From NCBI GenBank assembly GCA_902573085.1, contig CACGHY010000002.1, forward strand, positions 4,925 through 68,924: 64,000 bases of DNA. The letters are read 5' to 3'. Numbering within the stretch: position 1 is the first letter of the stretch; every line of letters begins with the position of its first letter. This DNA is from an uncultured Candidatus Poseidoniales archaeon (GTDB taxonomy: Archaea; Thermoplasmatota; Poseidoniia; Poseidoniales; Thalassarchaeaceae). Positions 8,013 to 15,700 of the stretch are shown here, piece by piece. The notes beneath the pieces are model-generated. The model was not told where the DNA came from. It did not search any database and saw only the letters and a list, made by a program, of their open reading frames with translations. The translations under genes and the position numbers were made by a program.

Positions 8013-8731
8013 TGCAAGCCCTCCAAACCACCAAATCGGGGCGCGTTGCCCTTTTTCTCCCAATAAGAGGGCTTCAAACCGAAACGCAGGTCACTCGACG
8101 ACAGTTGGCTCAGGAGTTTCTTCCTCTGCTCCAAAGCGTGGTCGAACTCCTCATCCATATACTGATTGCGAGGAGATCGGGCTATCTGGTTTATTATCTC
8201 GCTCATGAGGTCCGCACGTTCCTCGTTGGCCGTGTAGTAGTCCTCCTCGCTCTGGATGGCCCTATCGACCTCATCCTGACTCAACTGGCGTATCAGGTGA
8301 GGGGGTATCACCTTGTTCGACCTGCGTTGGTCCTTGGGTTCGTTGAACGCCGGTTCGTCCGGTCGGATGCGTGGTTCTGGCATGAAGAAGGGCGAATCCG
8401 GGTGTCGGTCGTCTATCTCTAGCACCACCGGCCCCCCGCCCTCCTCCTCGTCGTCCACCCAATCCTTCGCGCTAGTGATTGCGGCTTGCTTGCCACCCAT
8501 GGTGCTAAGGCTCGGTTTTGCCTTGTCCCCATAGAAGAAGTTCCAATTTCCTCCGAAAATGTCCTCCATCTGTTGGTCATCGAAGCCAAGTGCCTCCTGT
8601 ATCTCCTCCATGTCAAAATCATACAACTGTGGGGCGTGATCTGTCGGCTTCAACCCCTCTTGCATGATTTTCTTGGCATTTTCGGCTGTTGTGCCATGGT
8701 AAACCGGCATTTTCACGACTTCCCAAGCCAT
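8009..8731 (-). CDS. FDxAW-leader family protein (240 aa) with PARP/Tpt1-like ART-fold candidate; first gene of the array
   Basis: Track ORF 8009..8872. MAWEVVKMPVYHGTTAENAKKIMQEGLKPT starts at ATG 8731. An upstream GTG at 8749 would give MGGAFSMAWEVVK, which aligns better with the leader. PVVLEIDD and KVIPPHLIRQL parallel 2656..3237. Confidence 0.5.
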   Translation of the reverse strand: MAWEVVKMPVYHGTTAENAKKIMQEGLKPTDHAPQLYDFDMEEIQEALGFDDQQMEDIFGGNWNFFYGDKAKPSLSTMGGKQAAITSAKDWVDDEEEGGGPVVLEIDDRHPDSPFFMPEPRIRPDEPAFNEPKDQRRSNKVIPPHLIRQLSQDEVDRAIQSEEDYYTANEERADLMSEIINQIARSPRNQYMDEEFDHALEQRKKLLSQLSSSDLRFGLKPSYWEKKGNAPRFGGLEGLQ

Positions 8732-8757
8732 GCTAAACGCTCCGCCCACGAATTTGG

Positions 8758-8961
8758 AAAAAAACCATGCTTTATCGCAGTTATGACAGCATTTTTCCCG
8801 AAAATTTTGGTCCGAGAAAAAAAACAGCAACGATTTTGGAGCGTTTTTGCCTTTTTCATCCCGATCGGGCAACCCTGACAGCCCTGACAGAAAAAAACCC
8901 GGAAATTGTCCGCCGAGCGTATGCGGTTAGGCCGGGGGGCTTCGCAGAAAAAAAAAAAAAA
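8758..8961 (+). repeat. Four phased poly(A) tracts, each preceded by G (G-A7, G-A8, G-A7, G-A14)
   Basis: A-runs at 8758-8764, 8817-8824, 8891-8897 and 8948-8961, with start-to-start spacing of 59, 74 and 57 bp. Confidence 0.8.
8873..8890 (+). repeat. Perfect tandem 9-mer CCCTGACAG x2, abutting the third A-tract
   Basis: 8873-8881 and 8882-8890 are identical, followed by AAAAAAA. Confidence 0.85.
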
Positions 8962-9045
8962 TTCCATGCCTAATTTTCGCATGGCTCCGGCGACCCGGAG
9001 GGGAGCCGGGGGGCCACGCATTGGCGGAGGGGGCGGCGGGCTGTA

Positions 9046-9268
9046 CGCCCACCACCCGATGCGCTCCGATGGCATCCGATACGGGGCGATGGGGCATCCC
9101 ACACACGCCCACCACATCCACCCGCATCCACCCACATCAACGGCCATCGGCGGGGGGCCGGGGAGGAGGCGTGGAGGGGGCATGGAGCGGGCCTATCGCC
9201 ACCTCCCACCACCCACCATCGGCCACTGTCTATCAATGCCCATCGGAGGCTATCGCCACGCCCACCAC
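9046..9268 (+). repeat. C-rich iterons: CGCCCACCAC x3 perfect plus one single-mismatch copy; a 19-20 nt unit CTATCGCCAC-[C/-]-[T/G]CCCACCAC occurs twice
   Basis: The perfect 10-mer occurs at 9046-9055, 9106-9115 and 9259-9268, with CTCCCACCAC at 9203-9212. CTATCGCCAC occurs at 9193-9202 and 9250-9259. A degenerate CCCCACCAC lies at 9534-9542. Confidence 0.8.
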
Positions 9269-9431
9269 CGACCTCCCACATCGCCCGCCATCGACCCCCA
9301 TTTTTTCCGGATCGCCCGCCACATCACACGCCGTCGCGCTGATGGTGGTGGGATGACCGGAGAGGGGTGCGGACGGGGGTTAGCCACAGCCCGCTTCGGA
9401 TGGTGCAATTGGCATACAAATAGCAGACAAT

Positions 9432-9457
9432 TAGACACTAGACTAGACAACTTAGAC
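9432..9457 (+). repeat. Cluster of four TAGAC pentamers
   Basis: TAGAC at 9432, 9439, 9444 and 9453, within ttagacactagactagacaacttagact. Confidence 0.7.
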
Positions 9458-9751
9458 TATACAACAGAAGACTGACCTGAGAATACGTTTCGGAGGGTAG
9501 GGGTATCGACCTTTGTCTGTTGTCTCCCATCCACCCCACCACGCCCCCAGAACCGTTGCACCAAGGCCCTGTTTCGGTGTCTGTGGATAGAAGACATGGG
9601 TGTGTCGGATGTCTGCTGAAATCGCACCACGTCTAGCCCCGATCTGGTCCCGTCCAAAACCGAGCCACTCACACGGGGGAAAGGGTGGGACTCAAATAGT
9701 CCCCCCACTACCGAGACACTACCGGCAATGACCGGACGGAAGTGAAAAAGT

Positions 9752-12700
9752 ATGAAGAATGCAATGAGAACAGCAATGATGACCGCCCTTCTGGTAGTGC
9801 TAATCAGCACCCAGAACGTAGTCACCGAGGAGACAGCAATCCCCTCGGCAGACAGCGAGATGAACACCGAGATTGCAATTGTCGGAGGCCTCTATGACCT
9901 AGCCCCGAAGAGTCGTCTTAGGCCATCGGCCAGACAGGCCCAGAACCACAACCGGAGGGTACAGATTCTCCGAGACATGGGACTCATCCAGAGCCGATCC
10001 AATGGATGGCCTAGATTAGCCGTTCTAGGGCTTGTTCTAGCCCTTGGACTACTACACCCTGCTCTGGGTCTAGTCGGAGCCGTAGGAGCGGTTCTGGAGG
10101 CCCCAGAGACTACCATGGAGCATGACCCCACCAACCCAGAGACTATCGAGAAGATGAAGGCAGACCACGCCGCTAGGCCAGAGTGGTTGAAGGCCATCAA
10201 GGACAAGGCCCTAGACCAGATGTGGGAAACCTTCGGACCCCTCCTAGAGGGTAGCCTCCCATCATGGCAGAAGCCTTGGAAGATGGTCATGAATGGCATA
10301 GAATACACCGTCAGCAGACCAGTAAACGCCCTGACCGGGAGAGCATACAAGGGGGCCAATATCTTCACCCTATCAGGCCGATTCTATCCGGTCTGGGCCA
10401 CCCAGAAGCAGGTCAATCAGATAGCCCGGAAACTCAAGATTGAGTTGGTCTGGGACGAGGATTACCAGACCGATTACAAGGAGAACCCCGGCTCATACAT
10501 GGTCGATGTGGATGGAGAGATGAAGCCCATAATCAAGGACTCATTTGAGAGAAATGGAGAGCAGAGAGCGATCTGGGTTCCATTCCTCAAGACCTTCTGG
10601 GTCGAGGCCAAGGACGCCTCTGGAAACGTGATAATGGACCCCAAGACCGGGAAGGCCAAGAAGAAGCGAATCCAGAAGGCCCAGAAGGGTCTAGGAGGCA
10701 TGACAGTCGGTAAGGAGGCATTGGTCTGGAACATCGAGGACATCAACCTTCCAACAGACCGTGTGCTAGAGATTGTCCCAGACTTTGAGAACACTCAACC
10801 CAAGACTCCGGTCAAGGAGGATATACCCGTAGTCGAAGGGGCCAAGACTCTTGTCGATTCAATCCTGAATAACCTCACAGGTCTGAGATACAAAGAGGCC
10901 CCAAACAGGGCCTTCTATTCCCCTGCTCAGGACTACATATCCATGCCCCCGGCAGGGACGTTCAAGGACAACGGTGTAACGGCTCTGGAGGCCTTCGCGG
11001 CAACCCTAGCCCATGAGGCCGCTCATGCCACAGGACATCGCCTGAGACTCGCTAGAGCCATGGGAAATCCATTCGGGTCCAAGGGCTATGCGAGGGAAGA
11101 GTTGGTCGCTGAATTGGCCGCTATGATGGTAATTAGAGCATGGGGCATGAATGACGTAGCCCCACAGCACGGAGCATACCTGAAATCATGGGCCACCAAG
11201 TATGTCGGTTCACCCGATCCGGAGAATCCCGATGTGTGGATGGACTCATGCCGTGGAGTGTTGAAGGAGGCCGCTAACGCCTCTGAGTGGATTCTCTCTG
11301 GAATGCCAGAGTGGTTCAAGGGAGCCAAGACCACCGAGGGCCAAGAGATTGAGGAGGAGAAGCCCATGCCCGCTAACGCGGCTTCCATGGACATCTCAGA
11401 CCTGCCTTCTGGGTATCTATTCAGAGCGATGGCACAGGACAACGGGGGGGGCAGAGATGCCCCCTCCCAATGTTGCTCTGGATGCTCCGATGACTCTGGA
11501 GAAACCATCACGATTGAGTGGAATATCAACACCCTGAATGCCCCCGGCTTTGAGAAGATGGCAAAGAGAATCCAGAGGGCATTTGACCGCCGTGGATTGA
11601 CCTTTGAGTATGAGGTCAAGGATGCCGTCTGGGTCACTGAGATGCGCTCCCTCTATGGTGTCGCCGCCGATGCCGCCAGAGCGCGAGGTGATCCAACCGA
11701 GGTCGAATTCAGAGTCATGAGAACCCCTGTCTCTGTGACCCATTCTCCGCTCACTGACAAGGGATACGAGGCCATGGCTACCCTAGTGCCATTTGACCCC
11801 TCTGTGACGCCTCTGACGGACACAGAGATGCTCATCAGACCCATACCCACCACAGAGGAGAATGAGGACGATAGGAACCTTTGGATTAGCGAGCAATTGG
11901 CTAAGAGATACGGCCATGGAAATGCGATCGCATATGACCCAACAGTCTGTGACCATTGTGACCAGAGAAAGAGCAATCGAAAGAAACTGGTTCTGGTCCG
12001 AGATACCAACAACGCCGATGCTGATGCTCTGGTGATTGGTTCGTCCTGCCTCTATGACTACACTGGAGTGGACCCCGATATGCTAGAGAAACTGTTCACC
12101 ATCAGGGCGAATCACAGCCCCTACGAGGGCATGGAAACCGACCCTCTATCATGGAGGAAAAACATTGCCAGAATGGAGATAACCGAGTTCGTGGATTTGG
12201 TGGGAGAGAATGCCGCTATCTTCGGTTCATACAGGAGAGGTCTAGGAGGCACGGCCATGGGCCAGTGGATGGGATACACAGTCAAGGAGTATATCTCTGA
12301 TTTCGATAGGTGGGGGAAGCCGATTGACACGACCGCCGCTTACAGGATTGTCTCCAATCCAAGGCCCAAGTACGACAACCCGAACGGACCTCAGATTATC
12401 GAGAGGCCACCGACTTACGAGGCAGTCCATGTAGGGGGCATCAGGAAGTGGGTTCTGGATGCTCTTGAGGCCTCGGTAAAGGAGAACCAGACCGACACCT
12501 TCGGTCGCACCCTAGCGACCGTCCAGAGAGCCGGATATGTGACTTACAAGACAGCCAATTTTGTGGCCGGTTCGTCCTCCAGATATTGGAAGGAGACAAC
12601 ATCCTACACCAAGGAAATCAGGGACGCCGCGAAGTCCACAGATCTGACTGCCTTCCCTGCTCAGGCAGGGACCAAGTGGACCGGGAATCTGGTTGCGACC

Positions 12701-15700
12701 ATTGCCGATATTCGATGGTTCGACGATCGGTTCAATCCGGGCGTCCAGAAGGCCATTGTGACGTTCGTGACCAATGAGCATAGGCTCAAGACGTTCTCTA
12801 GTGCCAAGTGGACCCAGAGCATCAAGAAGGGCCAACAAGTGACCATCACCGGATTCACGGCCAAGAAGACCGAGGACTACCAAGGACAAGGTAGTCTGGT
12901 GGTGACATACCTAAACTTCGGGGAGGCCCCTGCGGCCTCCCTGAACGCTGTTGGAGCCTTCGGATTGGTTCCGGCACTACTAGACCCCTCTATGGTGTCT
13001 ATCGCCGCTCTGGGAGCGGCTATGGTAGTGGGAGTCGTAACTGCCGGTCGGAATGATGATGATGAGGGCATTTTTAGTTACACCACAATCAATTTTGAAC
13101 AGGCCCACCAATGGTTGGATAACCTCCCTCCATGGATTGAGCCATCCCATGCCGAGGTCTATGACAACCACCAGAGAATGTATGCGAAGCATGGTCTGGC
13201 TTGCATGATGTTTGTCTTCTGGAACCGGGGCGTTTCGACCACCAGATACCCGGATGGAATCATTCAGCACGTCGTAGTTCAAGACCCAGATTTTGAGGCT
13301 GACACACAGCGTCCTCATTGGCATGGCATTCAGGACTTGTGGATTCACGCATGGACCGATTGGGATTTGGTCTTGTATGAACAGGGATGGATGAACATTG
13401 ACGAGAAGGGCAACCGGATTACTGTGGAGGAGTCTAAGTTGCGAGCCGTTGGAGCCATGGGATTCATCCCGGCACTACTAGACCCATCCATGGCCTCTAT
13501 GGTCGCTCTAGGCGTCGCTATGGTGGTCGGGGTAGTCGGTAGGACCAAGACGACGGAGGAGCCAACCTCATGCGTCCCTGCTTGCATAGCAGAGGAATAC
13601 GATCCAGAAGGCCCCTCCTTCGGCAACGATAGCGGAGAGGTCAGGGGTCAGCACTTCGATACCTGCCACAACCTAGAGGAGATGGTGAGCGAGTGCGTGG
13701 GTGAAGACCCATACACCGGACGACTAGAGCATATCCACTACTCCAGAATCAAGTGCAACTGCCTTGAGATAGCCATGGATTGGTATGAGGAGTCCGAGTT
13801 TGTCAGAGGGGTTCTGAAAGACGAGGGAGTCGGCCCATTGACCAATGGCGGACACTTAGCAGAGAGTAGTATAGTCGCTGATTCGTATGAGGACTTGGAG
13901 CGAATGAAGCACCCTGAACGCTTCGATATGTTCGGAGATAGGATTGAGGAAATAGACCCCGGCTTGCCTAACGCGGATGAGAAATTGCTTCAATGCAAAT
14001 CGTGCGGTGCATGGTCAATAATGACGCCATTCACAGACGCCGATGGAGAACCCAATCTGGTATGCGAGGCTCTGGATGAGGATGAGGTTGAATGCGGACA
14101 CATCTATTGGGGCATGGGGGCCTTCTCTCTGCTTCCGGCACTACTAGACCCTAGCCTGACCACTCTCGTGGCTCTGGGCGTGGCTATGGTAGCAGGAACG
14201 GTCCGCCTAAGCGATTTGGACAAGAGGAAAATCCCCTTTGAAACGGAGGGGGTCAATGTCCAGACATTGAAGCAGGGTGTGTCCCCACGGCAAGAAGCAG
14301 GACGGGTCTGGAAGACCATGCTAACGGGAGGAGAGCAGGAGATTCTGGATGGACATCTCTCCGACTACATCACAATCCGAAACGGGGGGTCTTCTCGCTA
14401 TGCAATCAGCAGATGCTCGTTCATGGATACTACTCTGACTCTGGCCGCATCGGTCGAGGAGCATAATGATGAAAGAGCAGTCTTCCGTGGTTGCAAGGAA
14501 TTCAGCCTGAGAGCGTATCTGGTATCGGAACATAGGAGGAAATACGATCGCATCACCACTGATGTTGCGACTGTCAATTTCAGCCTTAAAGTGAAGGATG
14601 TCGATGCTGACGGTGACGAGGTATATCGCCATAGTGACCCGGATTACAACCTAGAGGATGTCGTGGATAGGGCTGTAATGGTGACAACCGGACTAAGCGA
14701 GATGAAGATTGATGTCGATAGCACATGGAGGTCGAACAATGTAGTTACGGTGGACGCGAAATTGGTCGGTCTGGTGAGCAAGTTGAACGACATTGTGAGT
14801 GACAATCTGTATGAGGCATTCGGACTCAAGGAGGACATGGAGAAGGACACCATAGCGGTGTCATCCCCGGACGGAAAGGTCACAGCGAGCAACCCGGACA
14901 ATTGGCTATACAGAGCCTTCACCACGCCATGGGTTCTCTGTGGTGCATCGGACGTTTCTGACCTCGCGGAGGAGGCTTACGAGGCATGGGAGAGCCTGAA
15001 ACAAGCAAAGGAGTTCCACAAGGTCACAGAGGCTTCTCAGAAGGCCCTAGACACCATAGAGAGGTATGGGGGCCTCCCGGTCGAGAAGGACGCCCCAGAG
15101 GCGGCATGGGAGAAACTATCGGCCAGTAAGATTGAGACTCTTACTGAGGACTTGGAATTGACCCGAAACAATTGGGGAGACAGCAGGATGACTGATGATG
15201 TGCAGAGGGCCATCAAGGGCAACAAACACACAGGAGCATTGGCTTACATTACAAGAAAGGCAAACCGCAGGTGGTCCGATGCTATCAAGAAGTCAGGATC
15301 AGTCAGACTGCTGAAAACCTTCTTCGATAGAGACAACATTCTGGATAGGGCCAAGGAGGACTTTGCAGAGGCCATCAAGGCATACGTCAAGACCTGTGAG
15401 GAGAAAGAGGTTTGTTGGACGGAGGCAATTGTCCAACAAGGACGGTTCCAGAGTATGATGGGTCACTTCCGAGTGATGCTAGAGAATGACTTCTCCGAAC
15501 CCATCATGAGAATCTGGGCTAATGGGAGATACGATTCTCCTGTCGATGCTAGAATCTGCCGAGTCGGATTCATGTGGAATCTTGAACCAACGACGATTGA
15601 CATATTTGAGGATTGTTCGCCTGATACTATGTGGCAGGATAGGGCATTCGACTCTGACTCTGATAGTGAACACTTGAGAGTCGCTTATCGTGTCTTTGAG

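Larger units (their letters stand above)
1..8749 (-). other. Co-directional array of at least 16 tightly packed genes, each beginning with the same N-terminal leader (consensus M-T-A-F-D-x-A-W-x-[LIV]-[VIL]-K, often followed by M-P-[IVF])
   Basis: The leader is read directly from the minus-strand translations at starts 41, 546, 772, 991, 1324, 1869, 2681, 3237, 4025, 4687, 5370, 5591, 6850, 7479, 8012 and 8731. Most junctions are ATGA start/stop overlaps or 1-3 nt gaps. C-terminal parts are mutually unrelated except for a few paralog pairs. Confidence 0.85.
8750..9751. promoter_or_regulatory. About 1 kb gene-free divergent control region between the minus-strand array and the plus-strand block; candidate replication origin, promoter hub or packaging site
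   Basis: The strand switch occurs here. The core 8990-9420 is visibly much more G+C-rich than its flanks and holds three kinds of short repeat (listed separately). ORFs in the track here overlap in several frames and translate to Gly/Pro/His/Arg low-complexity strings. Confidence 0.6.

Noticed and set aside
1-8749. The recurring ~25-nt sequence (..CCA[AT]GC[GT]TGGTC[GA]AA[TG]GC[TG]GTCAT) could look like a CRISPR-type or dispersed DNA repeat
   Set aside because: Spacing is irregular (0.2-1.3 kb). Each copy coincides with a gene start. Differences are concentrated at synonymous codon positions, so it is the coding sequence of a conserved peptide and not a CRISPR array or non-coding repeat.
8713-9867. 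Track ORFs inside the GC-rich intergenic region (8713..9183-, 8906..9475+, 8927..9127-, 8970..9281-, 9021..9356+, 9250..9450-, 9457..9867-), some up to 189 aa
   Set aside because: They overlap one another in several frames on both strands. They translate to Gly/Pro/His/Arg low-complexity strings that simply mirror the C-rich DNA iterons. They lack SD-like signals and coupling to neighbours, so high GC alone explains the long open frames.
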